Shown here: positions 17,454 through 27,141 of the stretch, piece by piece | How positions within the stretch are numbered: position 1 is the first letter of the stretch | How the letters are laid out: each line of letters begins with the position of its first letter | Source: Marvinbryantia formatexigens | Lineage (GTDB): Bacteria; Bacillota; Clostridia; Oscillospirales; Ruminococcaceae | Length of the DNA stretch: 64,000 bases | Assembly: GCA_021771035.1 (NCBI GenBank) | Contig: JAETPU010000007.1 | Coordinates: 7,658 to 71,657, forward strand | Direction: 5' to 3' | Position numbers and translations under genes: made by a program | Notes under the pieces: model-generated | Seen by the model: only the letters and a program-made list of their open reading frames with translations | Told to the model about the DNA's origin: nothing | The model's database searches: none

Positions 17454-17650
17454 GGGTATGCTATCAAATGTTTTGTGAATTTGTACCTGAATTGTGAATC
17501 AATAATACATAGAAGTGACGATGGGAGAATAGGATTTGAACATATGATGTCCGCAGGCGGTATCGGCTGTGTCAGGGGAAGACAGATAGTGTATTTGCGG
17601 GTTACCTCTAGGTTATCATACACAACAACTGAAGGAGGAATGGATGAACT

Positions 17651-19258
17651 ATGAAAAAACGTGCAGTCAGCGGTTTTTTGGCACTGACGATGCTGGGCTC
17701 ACTGGTCGTTGGATGCCAAAAGGACACGGGAGCAAACACAAGCTCCGGGGCCGCAGCCCCGGTACCGGATTACGACTCAGGGGAATTGTATGCCCAGGCA
17801 AAGTTCAGCGAGGAACCTATCTATCCCACCTATATGCTCCGGACAAACGAGACCTTTACCGAGGAAACCCTGGCCTATCAGTGGATTGGCGAGATTACAA
17901 ACATCTATTTTAAACCCATACCGGTGCCGTTAGCCTCCTATGATGAAAAGCTCAGCGCGATCATTGCTTCGGGGGATATCCCGGATTATCAGGCTCTGCG
18001 CAGTTCCATGGTTGCCAAACAATACGGGCCCAACGGCGTGTTTGTCAATCTGTCTGAACGCATAGAGAGCGGCCAGATGCCCAATTTGAAGCAGCGCCTG
18101 GACGAGGGGCCCGACGACGCCTATGTGGTGTTAAAGGCTCCGGACGGGCAGATTTACGGCGCTCCCAGAATTTACACCTATGATATGCTCCATGAGACCT
18201 TCATGATGAGAACGGATCTGATGAAGGAGTGGGGATATCCGGAGCGGTTCGAAACCTTTGACGAGCTGCACGAATTTTTAAAGGAATGCAAAGAAAAATA
18301 TCCGGACTCCACTCCGCTTGGCAGCCGCTGGGGCGTTCAGCATGCATTTAATGGCTTTGGAGAGATGTTTGACGGCCTTATCGATTTGGCCTATCTGGAT
18401 CCCATCGATAAAACGACCTGGAAAATAGGCCCCTTTACCGATGGCTTTGAGGAAATGATCACATACATGAATACGCTGTATTCTGAGGGCATTTTGGATC
18501 CGGAATGGACCACCTGTTCTGACGAACAGTGGAAGGAGAGAATCCTCAACGATAAATTCATGCTCACCTATGACTATATGTCCAGCTGCGATGAGCTTGA
18601 GAGTTCCGGTAAAACCAGGAATCCCTCCTTTGAGTTCCGCCCTGTCATTCCGCCAGCAGCAGGAGGCAGAATGAAGATGGGAGTTGCCGACACTTCCCAC
18701 CGGATCTACCAGTGTCTGAAGGCAATCAGCACCAAATCCCAATATGTTGAAGAACTGGTCCGCTTTACCGACTGGACCTATTCCAAAGAGGGCTCCGATG
18801 TTCTCAACTATGGAAAAGCCGGGGAAACCTTCACGTATGACGCAAACGGAAAGGTTGTTTTGGACGCGGATGTAAAGACCATACATAACCTGAACGGCTC
18901 CGTCGACCTGGGGAAAATCGGCGTTGCGGCGGAATGGACCTCGATTGAGCCGGAGGAGATGGAGCAGCTGAAAAACCTGGGCCCCAACACCATCGCGGCC
19001 CAGAAAAAATTCCGCGAGGAAGGCGCTGTCCTGGCTTCTCAGCCTTCGCTTACCTTTGACGAGGAAACCCTGGCCCGCAAAAATGATCTGTCCGGCCCGC
19101 TTACCACGTATCGGGATGAGATGATGGTCCGCTTTACTACCGGCGACGAGCCGCTGAGCAATTTTGATAAGTTCCGTGAAACCCTCAAGAGCATGGGCGT
19201 TGAGGAGCTGCTGGAAATTTACAAGAAGACCTATGATCAGCAGATGGCCATGAAATAA
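17651..19258 (+). CDS. Extracellular solute-binding lipoprotein (large family-1 ABC SBP); no cognate permeases adjacent
   Basis: 535 aa. GAAGGAGGAA RBS. Lipobox LVVGC-QKD. The size and W/Y/D-rich pattern are typical of LplA/YtcQ-like sugar-binding proteins. Confidence 0.8.
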   Translation: MKKRAVSGFLALTMLGSLVVGCQKDTGANTSSGAAAPVPDYDSGELYAQAKFSEEPIYPTYMLRTNETFTEETLAYQWIGEITNIYFKPIPVPLASYDEKLSAIIASGDIPDYQALRSSMVAKQYGPNGVFVNLSERIESGQMPNLKQRLDEGPDDAYVVLKAPDGQIYGAPRIYTYDMLHETFMMRTDLMKEWGYPERFETFDELHEFLKECKEKYPDSTPLGSRWGVQHAFNGFGEMFDGLIDLAYLDPIDKTTWKIGPFTDGFEEMITYMNTLYSEGILDPEWTTCSDEQWKERILNDKFMLTYDYMSSCDELESSGKTRNPSFEFRPVIPPAAGGRMKMGVADTSHRIYQCLKAISTKSQYVEELVRFTDWTYSKEGSDVLNYGKAGETFTYDANGKVVLDADVKTIHNLNGSVDLGKIGVAAEWTSIEPEEMEQLKNLGPNTIAAQKKFREEGAVLASQPSLTFDEETLARKNDLSGPLTTYRDEMMVRFTTGDEPLSNFDKFRETLKSMGVEELLEIYKKTYDQQMAMK

Positions 19259-19340
19259 AAAGAGGATTGGTTTCGGTGCCAATACCAAAGCTTCAGGAAC
19301 GGCTTTTTCGTTCTGGCTGAGAAGGCCAGCGGGTTCCATA

Positions 19341-19387
19341 TAAAAATGAGGCCGGCCCCACGCTGGGGCCGGCCTCATGGCGTTTTT
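19341..19387. terminator. Bidirectional intrinsic terminator
   Basis: 15-bp stem ATGAGGCCGGCCCCA / TGGGGCCGGCCTCAT with a CGC loop. An A-run lies on the left and a T-run on the right. It sits between convergent genes. Confidence 0.85.
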
Positions 19388-19430
19388 CAGAGCACAAGGA
19401 GGACTCGCACTCCGTTTTTATCAGGCTCCC

Positions 19431-19778
19431 TCACACAGGGCGGGGCTTTTCGGGATGCTCCTGTGGATGGGCCTCCTCATTTTTTATCTCCCAGTGAATG
19501 AGAAAGGTGAGAGCCGAACGCAGCGCGATGATTCCCGCCACAATGAGGATTTCAGAAAATTCCCGCACCACGACGGTCCGCAGGATTTCGCTTCCCAATT
19601 TGAATTCCAGCCCCATTGCCATTCCCTTGGCCAAATTGAGCCTGGTAAGCGGGTTTGCGCTCACATAGTTGACAGCGCCCCGAATTCCGGCTGCCAAAAT
19701 GACAAGGACGCCGATTAATTCGAACAGAACAATAGAGACGCTTACCAGCCCTTCCAGTATCGTATGAATCCAGTCCAA
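19431..19778 (-). CDS. Small membrane protein, DUF1622-like
   Basis: About 115 aa with hydrophobic segments. TTG at 19778 is preferred because GAGGAG lies 8 nt upstream (the track start at 19787 overlaps the RBS). The family call is from memory. Confidence 0.6.
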   Translation of the reverse strand: MDWIHTILEGLVSVSIVLFELIGVLVILAAGIRGAVNYVSANPLTRLNLAKGMAMGLEFKLGSEILRTVVVREFSEILIVAGIIALRSALTFLIHWEIKNEEAHPQEHPEKPRPV

Positions 19779-19848
19779 CTTCCACACTCCTCTCTGCCAG
19801 ACAGTATACCCCGGCAGCGGGAGCGTTAGTCAGTCTGCACGGTTTTTT

Positions 19849-20925
19849 CTACCGGTTCCAGCTCTGAGGAGCGCTTTGCAGAGTAGTCTGGTCGGCCTGC
19901 TGCATCAGCAGGGACAGATAGGCGTCCTGCAGGGCCTCCTTGAGTGGATAGAATTCCTCGCCGGTTTTTGCATAATGGCCCATACGATCCATACAGGAGG
20001 CCACAGCCAATTCATCATCCGTCAGGCGGGCGCCGGGGAAGGGATTGCGGTACATAAACTGCTCTCCCACCTGGATTCCACGGTGATAAAAGCCCTCCAG
20101 GTTGCTGTCGGCGCCGGTGTCCACCCGGTGAAGAGGCAGCGTAACCGGAGTGAGATCCTCTGTCAGGTAGGACAGGCTGGAATCGTTGAGCTCTCCTCTG
20201 TCTCCCTGAACGTTGATGCTGCGCCGGCGGATATAGGAGAAATACTGTTCACCGTCAAAGTCAAAAAACGCTGTTTTGCCCGATTCAAATTCCAAAAGCG
20301 CCACCTCACGGGAGGAGGGCTTGGCGGTTCCCTGGGTGTAAAGACCGGTACGGTCGCAGTGGTGGATGCCGGGGAAGGCAAAATGGCGGGCGCTGACCCG
20401 GCAGGACTGCATTCCCACATTCAGATATTTGCGGATGAGGCTGACGCCATGATATCCGTGCACCATACTCAAGCGCAGATTGGAGACCTCCCCCAGATAC
20501 CCCCGGCGAATCACTTCCAGCGCCGCCGCGTGGTAGGGCTGCAGAAAGTATTGCTCCGCCACTTGGATTTTTCCCTGCTTGGCCTGAGTGAGTTCCCAAA
20601 CACGGTTGAGATTTTCCAGGGAGTCGGAGGGCGGTGTTTCGCACAGGACGGGAATCCCCCTGGAATAGAGCGGCTCCAAATACTCCAGCGTGTTTTCCCG
20701 GGGAATGCACAGTACAATATAGTCTAGGTGCGTTTCCAGAAGCTCCTCCAAATCTGTGGTGACGCGTACGGCGTACTTTTGCGCGAGTGCCTGGGCTTTC
20801 TGCTGAGAACGCATCCATACGCCGGCCAGCTCAAAGCGCTCAGGGACAGCTTTGGCGGCACGGAGAAAAAACTCGGAGCGCCAGCCGCCGCCCAGGATGC
20901 CAAAGCGGATTTTTGAATTTTCCAT
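19849..20925 (-). CDS. Gfo/Idh/MocA family oxidoreductase
   Basis: Start at [20 protein letters not shown] (Rossmann GxGxxG-like) with an AAAGGAAGGA RBS. 358 aa. Confidence 0.85.
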   Translation of the reverse strand: MENSKIRFGILGGGWRSEFFLRAAKAVPERFELAGVWMRSQQKAQALAQKYAVRVTTDLEELLETHLDYIVLCIPRENTLEYLEPLYSRGIPVLCETPPSDSLENLNRVWELTQAKQGKIQVAEQYFLQPYHAAALEVIRRGYLGEVSNLRLSMVHGYHGVSLIRKYLNVGMQSCRVSARHFAFPGIHHCDRTGLYTQGTAKPSSREVALLEFESGKTAFFDFDGEQYFSYIRRRSINVQGDRGELNDSSLSYLTEDLTPVTLPLHRVDTGADSNLEGFYHRGIQVGEQFMYRNPFPGARLTDDELAVASCMDRMGHYAKTGEEFYPLKEALQDAYLSLLMQQADQTTLQSAPQSWNR

Positions 20926-21193
20926 AGTGTTCCTTCCTTTCTGGAATGGACTCGGTTTCCAATGGCCGCTGATGCCGCATTGCTTCAATCACAGGCATCA
21001 GCCCGATGTGGTCCTTCCGGCACAGCCGTACCGCAGCAGGATTGCCCCCGCCGGACTCCACGGCTATTATACCCCCCGCACAGGCCTGGGACAAGATACA
21101 AGGGGAAAATAGTTTTGCTGAAAATTTCCGGGATTCTTCGTCAAAACAGAGAAAGAGGCGCGAAAATATGTTCTTTTTTAGGCGGTTTCCACC

Positions 21194-21222
21194 TTGATTT
21201 TTGCAGGGTAATCCGCTATAAT
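21194..21222 (+). promoter_or_regulatory. recA promoter
   Basis: TTGATT, 17 nt spacer, TATAAT, about 65 nt upstream of the recA ATG. Confidence 0.5.
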
Positions 21223-21285
21223 GAGAACAGAATTCACAAAGGAAAGACGGGGAAGGCATCATTCCCCTACGGAGGAAATGAGAGA

Positions 21286-22407
21286 ATGGCAGGGATTGAT
21301 CGGCAGAAAGCGTTGGAGACTGCTCTGAGTCAGATTGAAAAGCAATTCGGAAAAGGCGCGGTTATGAAGTTGGGGCAGACCCCCTCCATGAACGTGGAAG
21401 TAATTTCTACCGGCTCCCTTTCCTTGGATATGGCGCTGGGGATTGGCGGGCTTCCCCGGGGAAGAATTATCGAGATCTATGGGCCGGAGAGTTCCGGTAA
21501 AACAACCGTAGCCCTTCATGCCATTGCGGAGGCGCAGAAACTGGGCGGCGACGTTGCGTTTATCGACGTTGAGCACGCGCTGGATCCGGTATATGCCAAG
21601 GCTGTGGGCGTGGATATTGACTCGCTTTTGGTTTCACAGCCGGACACCGGTGAGCAGGCTCTGGAGATTACAGAGGCCCTGGTGCGCTCCGGCGCGATTG
21701 ACGCCATTGTAATCGACTCGGTGGCGGCGATGGTGCCGAAGGCGGAAATTGAAGGCGAAATGGGGGACTCCCATGTGGGCCTTCAGGCCAGGCTGATGTC
21801 CCAGGCGCTGCGTAAGCTTACCGGCGTTATCTCCAAATCCAACTGCGTGGCGATTTTTATCAACCAGCTGCGGGAAAAGGTGGGGGTCTCCTATGGAAAT
21901 CCGGAGGTTACCCCGGGCGGACGCGCCTTAAAGTTCTATTCTTCCGTCCGCTTGGATGTACGCCGGATTGAGACGCTCAAAAACGGCGGTGAAATGGTGG
22001 GAAACCGTACCCGTGTCAAGGTGGTTAAGAATAAGGTGGCACCGCCCTTTAAGGAGGCGGAGTTTGACATTATGTACGGCCAGGGAATTTCCAAGGCCGG
22101 AGAAATTCTGGATTTGGCAGTGAAGCTGGATATTATCAATAAATCCGGCGCCTGGTTTAGCTACAAAGACGCCCGTTTGGGCCAGGGACGGGACAACGTA
22201 AAGGAATATATCCGGACCAATCCGGAATTTGCTGCGGAAATTGAGCAGCAGGTGCGGGAGAATAAGGACCGCCTGATGGCAATGGGCGGCAGCAAGACCC
22301 TGAAGAAGGGCCTGAAGCCTATGCCGAAGTCTGTCCAGCTGGACGTTGAGGTGGATGACGAGGAAGAACCGGCGCAGGCCGCTATGCCGTCCAAGGCGTC
22401 AGAATAG
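21286..22407 (+). CDS. recA: Recombinase RecA
   Basis: [30 protein letters not shown]..., Walker [10 protein letters not shown], and [36 protein letters not shown] are all canonical RecA strings. Confidence 0.97.
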   Translation: MAGIDRQKALETALSQIEKQFGKGAVMKLGQTPSMNVEVISTGSLSLDMALGIGGLPRGRIIEIYGPESSGKTTVALHAIAEAQKLGGDVAFIDVEHALDPVYAKAVGVDIDSLLVSQPDTGEQALEITEALVRSGAIDAIVIDSVAAMVPKAEIEGEMGDSHVGLQARLMSQALRKLTGVISKSNCVAIFINQLREKVGVSYGNPEVTPGGRALKFYSSVRLDVRRIETLKNGGEMVGNRTRVKVVKNKVAPPFKEAEFDIMYGQGISKAGEILDLAVKLDIINKSGAWFSYKDARLGQGRDNVKEYIRTNPEFAAEIEQQVRENKDRLMAMGGSKTLKKGLKPMPKSVQLDVEVDDEEEPAQAAMPSKASE

Positions 22408-22444
22408 GAAGAATACCGGTACCGTGTTTTGCAGGCAGTGCAGA

Positions 22445-22480
22445 CGGGCCGTCTGAATCAGTTCAGACGGCCCGTTTTCT
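22445..22480 (+). terminator. recA terminator
   Basis: CGGGCCGTCTGAA / TTCAGACGGCCCG stem with a TCAG loop, then TTTTCT. Confidence 0.85.
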
Positions 22481-22796
22481 GCAGATGTCCCGGCGTTCCG
22501 GCTAAAGGCTTTTCAGGCCCAAAGGTTTGAAGGAAAGAGCCTTTCACAATGGGACGAGGATTTGAAAAACACAGCCGCCGCCAGTTTGAGGACCGCATGG
22601 CTGCGTCTAAAAGAGCTGGACTCCCAGGACGGCGTAGGGAGTGTGCCGGTAAACCGGCCTGGGTTTGTGTCACGAAAAATTCAGCGGTGAGGAATCAGCA
22701 GCCAGAACTGCGGGCTGCCGGTTTTAGGGGATGCGGCTAATCTGCTGTGGGAAATGGCCTGGGGCAGGCCGCCGGCGGGAGAGGAGGAATCCATAC

Positions 22797-23423
22797 ATGA
22801 AAATTACATCGTTGGAGCCCTGGAAGGGGACTTTTTATAAGGTGTTCGTTGACGGAGAATACTTTGCCACTTTGGACGCGGAAACTTTGGTGGGGGAACA
22901 CCTGCACACCGGCGTGGAGGTGGATGTCCAGCGCCTTCAGGAGGTTCGGTATGCCAGTGAACTGCGCAGGGCCCGGGAGCGGGCTCTGCACCTGCTGGAA
23001 TACCGCAGCCATACCCGCCAGGAACTGCTGGATAAGCTCCTTCGCAATTATGAGCGGGAGATCTGTGAAGATGTGGTGCAGCGCCTTGAGGAGATTGGGC
23101 TGATTAATGATGAGGACTATGCCCGGCGCGCGGCTGCAACGATGCTGGGGGCCAAGCACTATGGAGAGATGAGGGTGCGCCAGGAGCTGCTGCGCCGGGG
23201 TATCGAGCGGGAACTGGTGGAAACCGTACTGGAGGAATTGGACTGGGATCCCCACCAGGAGCTGTACGAGTTGGTACAGGCCAAGTATCTGAGATTGTGT
23301 GTGGATGAGAAGGGGGTCCGCAGAGCGACCAATGCTCTTTTGCGGCTGGGATATTCCTATTCTCAGGTGCGGGACGTGCTGCGGGAGTTTATGGAGGAGG
23401 ATTCTTGGCAGGGGGTTGAATAA
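22797..23423 (+). CDS. recX: Recombination regulator RecX
   Basis: 208 aa helical-repeat protein directly downstream of recA. GAGAGGAGG RBS. ...RALHLLEYRSHTRQELLDKL..., ...INDEDYARRAA... repeats are typical of RecX. Confidence 0.82.
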   Translation: MKITSLEPWKGTFYKVFVDGEYFATLDAETLVGEHLHTGVEVDVQRLQEVRYASELRRARERALHLLEYRSHTRQELLDKLLRNYEREICEDVVQRLEEIGLINDEDYARRAAATMLGAKHYGEMRVRQELLRRGIERELVETVLEELDWDPHQELYELVQAKYLRLCVDEKGVRRATNALLRLGYSYSQVRDVLREFMEEDSWQGVE

Positions 23424-23507
23424 GCGCTGGGGCTTGAACGAATCTGTGTCGAATGTAAGAATTTAAAGGGGAAGGGTAAAATGGACGTTTCCCTTCCTTT
23501 AAAACTG

Positions 23508-23990
23508 TGTTATAATAACCTCACGCCATGCACCAAAGCAGAGCTTTGAACTGCGCAGTTCGGAATGGGATTCCGAACTACAGAGAGAACATTGTAGCAG
23601 TTTGGTATGAAAGCTTCGCTTTCTGATTGATGCTATAATAACCTCACGCCATGCACCAAAGCAGAGCTTTGAACTGCGCAGTTCGGAATGGGATTCCGAA
23701 CTACAGAGAGAACATTGCAGTAGTTTGGTATGAAAGCTCCGCTTTCTCTTTATGCTGTAATAACCTCACGCCATGCACCAAAGCAAAGCTTTGGACTGCG
23801 CAGTTCGGAATGGGATTCCGAACGACAGAGAGAACATGGAAGCGTTAAGGAATGAAAGCTACGCTTTCCGATTGATACTATCATAACCTCACGCTGTTAT
23901 CCAAATCGAAGATTTGAACTGCAGGGAGAACATGGAATCAATGGGAAGGATAGCTGTGGTTTCAAATTGAGGGCTGAACTGCCTCACGCC
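23508..23990 (+). repeat. Tandem array of a ~123 bp unit (three good copies plus one degenerate copy)
   Basis: Units start at 23511, 23634, 23756 and 23879. The first 84 nt of units 1 and 2 are identical. Each good unit carries TGnTATAAT (TGnTGTAAT in unit 3), a perfect 10-bp hairpin AGTTCGGAAT-GGG-ATTCCGAACT and a GAAAGC-NNN-GCTTTC hairpin. Confidence 0.9.
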
Positions 23991-24303
23991 GTAAACTAAG
24001 GTAAGGCTTGGGAGTATGGGATCGATTGAACCGCGGCGGGAGCTTTTCTGGGAGCTGGCCGAAGGCGAGGGAGGAATCGCTGAATTGGCGGGTACAAGGT
24101 CATTTATCTGCTAGAAGAGCCGCTGGAAGGGAACGAGTGCAGCATCTCTATAGCTTTGGCGCGGGGACACTCACCCCATGGACGGTTTTTGCACAGGACA
24201 TGATAAAAACGCACCGCGCGGTGCGAAAAATTGGGCGGTTAATCCACCGGCGGGTTTCGCCCGGACAGTAAGAAAATATGAGCCGGAGATAGGTGGAACA
24301 AGA

Positions 24304-25653
24304 ATGGCAGTAAAGGTTGGGATGGTATCCCTGGGATGTTCGAAAAATCAGGTGGATGCAGAAATCATGCTGGCATCTTTAAAGAAAGCTGGATATGAGC
24401 TCTGTACAGATTCCGGCAGCTGTGATGTGGTTGTCATCAACACCTGTGGGTTTATCGAGGACGCCAAAAAAGAGGCCATTGAGAATATTCTGGAGTTCTG
24501 CACCCTGAAAAAGGAGGGGCGGATCAAGGCGGTGGTTGTCACCGGATGCCTGGCCCAGCGTTATCAGATGGAGATCGCCAAGGAGATACCCGAAGCGGAC
24601 GTTATCCTGGGGATTGGCTCCAACGATCAGCTGGTGGATGCCATTGGGCGCGCGCTCAACGGCGAAAAGGTGTATTCCTTTGAAGATAAGGAAAAGGCCC
24701 CCATGAGCGGTGAGAGGATTCTCTCCAACCTGCCGTTTTTTGCCTACCTGAAAATTGGGGACGGATGCAGCAACAACTGCTCCTACTGTGCCATTCCGCT
24801 GATCCGCGGGCGTCTGCGCAGCCGGCCTATGGAAGAAATTGTAGAGGAAGCCCGCCATTTCGCACAGTGCGGCGTTACGGAAGTCATTGTGGTGGCGCAG
24901 GATCCCACCCGGTATGGGGAGGATCTCTACGAGGGCCGGCGGATGCTGCCCGAATTGCTGCGCCGTCTGTGCGCGATTGAGGAGCTTAAATGGGTACGGG
25001 TGCTCTACTGTTATCCGGAGCGCATCACCGACGAGCTGCTGGATGTAATGGCCAGTGAGGAAAAGCTGGTGAAGTATCTGGATATCCCCATCCAGCATGT
25101 CAGCGCGCCGGTGCTGAAACGGATGTACCGTCCGGGTAACCGGGAATCCTTAACGGCCCTGATGAAAAAAATCCGGGAGCGTGTGCCGGGCATTGTATTG
25201 AGAACGACTTTAATTACCGGTTTCCCCGGAGAGACTGAGGAAGACTTTACCGAACTGTGTGAATTTGTCAAAGAGGTGAAGTTTGAACGCCTGGGCTGCT
25301 TTACCTATTCTGCGGAGGAGGGAACCCCTGCCGCGCAGTTCCCGGATCAGGTGGATGAAGAGGTAAAGCAGCGGCGCGCCGACGTCATCATGCTGGAACA
25401 GAACAGGATTGCCGAGGAATTTAACACGGCCCAAATTGGAAAAACTTTGGAAGTTGTGGTGGAGGGCTTTGACCGCTATGCGGAGAGCTTTTTTGGCCGC
25501 AGCGCCATGGATGCTCCGGATATCGACGGCAAAATCTTTTTTACAGCGCCCAAGGATATCAAGCTGAGAGTGGGGGACTATGTTCCGGTACTCATCGAGG
25601 ATGTTATGGATTATGATCTGCTTGGTGTCCTGGTGAGTGAAGAGGAGGAATAG
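24304..25653 (+). CDS. rimO: Ribosomal protein S12 methylthiotransferase RimO
   Basis: MAVKVGMVSLGCSKNQVDAEIM (UPF0004 domain), radical-SAM CSNNCSYC, and a C-terminal TRAM domain (GKTLEVVVEG...APDIDGKIFF). Adjacent to pgsA, as is common in Clostridia. Confidence 0.9.
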   Translation: MAVKVGMVSLGCSKNQVDAEIMLASLKKAGYELCTDSGSCDVVVINTCGFIEDAKKEAIENILEFCTLKKEGRIKAVVVTGCLAQRYQMEIAKEIPEADVILGIGSNDQLVDAIGRALNGEKVYSFEDKEKAPMSGERILSNLPFFAYLKIGDGCSNNCSYCAIPLIRGRLRSRPMEEIVEEARHFAQCGVTEVIVVAQDPTRYGEDLYEGRRMLPELLRRLCAIEELKWVRVLYCYPERITDELLDVMASEEKLVKYLDIPIQHVSAPVLKRMYRPGNRESLTALMKKIRERVPGIVLRTTLITGFPGETEEDFTELCEFVKEVKFERLGCFTYSAEEGTPAAQFPDQVDEEVKQRRADVIMLEQNRIAEEFNTAQIGKTLEVVVEGFDRYAESFFGRSAMDAPDIDGKIFFTAPKDIKLRVGDYVPVLIEDVMDYDLLGVLVSEEEE

Positions 25654-25657
25654 GGTT

Positions 25658-26224
25658 TTGAATACTCCCAATAAGCTGACGCTGCTGCGCGTTGTGATGA
25701 TTCCAGTGTTTTTGGTGTTTTTGCTCTGCAGTGGAATTCCCCATAACTATCTGTGGGCGCTGCTGGTTTTCACAGCGGCTTCCCTGACGGATTTATTGGA
25801 TGGATACCTGGCCCGGAAGTATGAGCTCATAACGGATTTTGGCAAATTTATGGATCCTCTTGCGGATAAGCTTTTGGTGACCAGCGCCCTTATATGCTTT
25901 ATCCAGCTGGGATTTGCCGATGCCCTGGTGGTGGTGATTATTGTGGCCAGGGAATTTTTAGTCACCTCCCTGCGCCTGGTAGCATCCACAAACGGCAAGG
26001 TGATTGCGGCGGACATCTTTGGAAAACTGAAAACGGTGTCCCAAATTGTTGCCATTGTGGCAATTCTGCTGCTTCAGGAGCTGGTATCCAGCGGATTTTT
26101 GATCAGCGCCGGATTGGCTGCGGCGGTAGGCAATATCTTAATGTGGATTGTGGCGGTGCTGACTGTGTGTTCCGGCGCCAATTACCTGTGGAAAAACCGC
26201 AGTTTTATCAACACGGCCAAATAG
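25658..26224 (+). CDS. pgsA: CDP-diacylglycerol--glycerol-3-phosphate 3-phosphatidyltransferase
   Basis: TTG start after GAGGAGGA (MNTPNKLTLLRV...). CDP-alcohol phosphatidyltransferase motif DLLDGYLARKY...G.FMDPLADK. Confidence 0.9.
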   Translation: MNTPNKLTLLRVVMIPVFLVFLLCSGIPHNYLWALLVFTAASLTDLLDGYLARKYELITDFGKFMDPLADKLLVTSALICFIQLGFADALVVVIIVAREFLVTSLRLVASTNGKVIAADIFGKLKTVSQIVAIVAILLLQELVSSGFLISAGLAAAVGNILMWIVAVLTVCSGANYLWKNRSFINTAK

Positions 26225-26376
26225 GAGCGGCTTTTCATGGCAATATCCGGATTGCTTGAGAAAGTGTGTGGGATTTTGAGGACAGAGGCCATCTGTCCTC
26301 GTTTTCCTTCCCAGAGGGCAGGAACTAAGAAAAAGACGACGAATAAAATTCAGGAATGACAAAAGGGGAGACGGGA

Positions 26377-27141
26377 ATGGAAAAAAAGCAGAGAACGACT
26401 GCTCAAACGGTAGGACGGATAGCAAAGATTGTCGCGGTTATTGCGATAGCCGTTGTCCTGGTATTTGTGACCATCCGCCTGCTGCCGTGGTTTATTTCAC
26501 TCAAGGATGAATCGGTCCGGGTGGCGTTTCAGGAATATGTACACTCCCTGGGCTTTGGAGGCGTGCTGCTGCTCCTGGGAATCCAAGTGCTGCAGATTGT
26601 GGTGGCCTTTCTGCCGGGAGAACCCATTGAAATTTTGGGCGGGATGCTGTATGGGACGTTCGGCGGGCTAGTACTGTGCCTGACTGGTGTGCTCATTGGT
26701 TCCTGTGCGGTCTATTCCCTGGTGCGCCTGCTGGGGAAACCCCTGATCGACCGGCTGTTTAAAAAGGAAGAGGTCAGCAAGTATGCGTTTCTCAGGGATA
26801 CCGCCAAAATTGAGACAATGGTATTCATTCTCTTTTTTATCCCTGGAACGCCCAAGGATATCCTCACCTATCTGGCGCCGTTTGTCCGTATTAAACCTCT
26901 TAAATTCTTTCTCATAGCCACGTTCGCCCGGATTCCCTCTGTTATCACCTCCACCTATGCCGGCGCCAGTATCATGGCGGGCAAGTGGTGGCAGACGGTG
27001 GTGGTTTTTGTCATTACAGGTATTTTGGGCCTTTTAGGTATTTGGTACAATAACCGGCTGACAAAGAAACAGAATGCGAAGCTCGCTCAGGAAGGCGAAG
27101 GCGCGCAGGCAGAAAAGGAGGAAACCGGGGATGACCTATGA
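26377..27141 (+). CDS. TVP38/TMEM64 (DedA-related) family membrane protein
   Basis: VLQIVVAFLPGEPIEILGGMLYG...GSCAVYSLVRLLGKPL motif. AAAAGGGGAG RBS before ATG 26377. Confidence 0.8.
   Translation: MEKKQRTTAQTVGRIAKIVAVIAIAVVLVFVTIRLLPWFISLKDESVRVAFQEYVHSLGFGGVLLLLGIQVLQIVVAFLPGEPIEILGGMLYGTFGGLVLCLTGVLIGSCAVYSLVRLLGKPLIDRLFKKEEVSKYAFLRDTAKIETMVFILFFIPGTPKDILTYLAPFVRIKPLKFFLIATFARIPSVITSTYAGASIMAGKWWQTVVVFVITGILGLLGIWYNNRLTKKQNAKLAQEGEGAQAEKEETGDDL

Noticed and set aside
21224-21236. GAACAGAATTCAC downstream of the recA -10 box as a LexA/DinR (CGAAC-N4-GTTCG) box
   Set aside because: Only the left half-site matches. The right half reads TTCA rather than GTTC at N4 spacing. This is too degenerate to call without comparative data.
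23651-23848. 65-aa ORF spanning the tandem repeats
   Set aside because: The peptide simply repeats with the 123-bp unit, has no RBS, and changes frame between units (122 versus 123 nt periods). It is an artefact of the repeat.
23508-23990. Possible CRISPR array
   Set aside because: The units abut directly with no unique spacers, the unit length of about 123 bp is far above CRISPR repeat size, and no cas genes are in the window.
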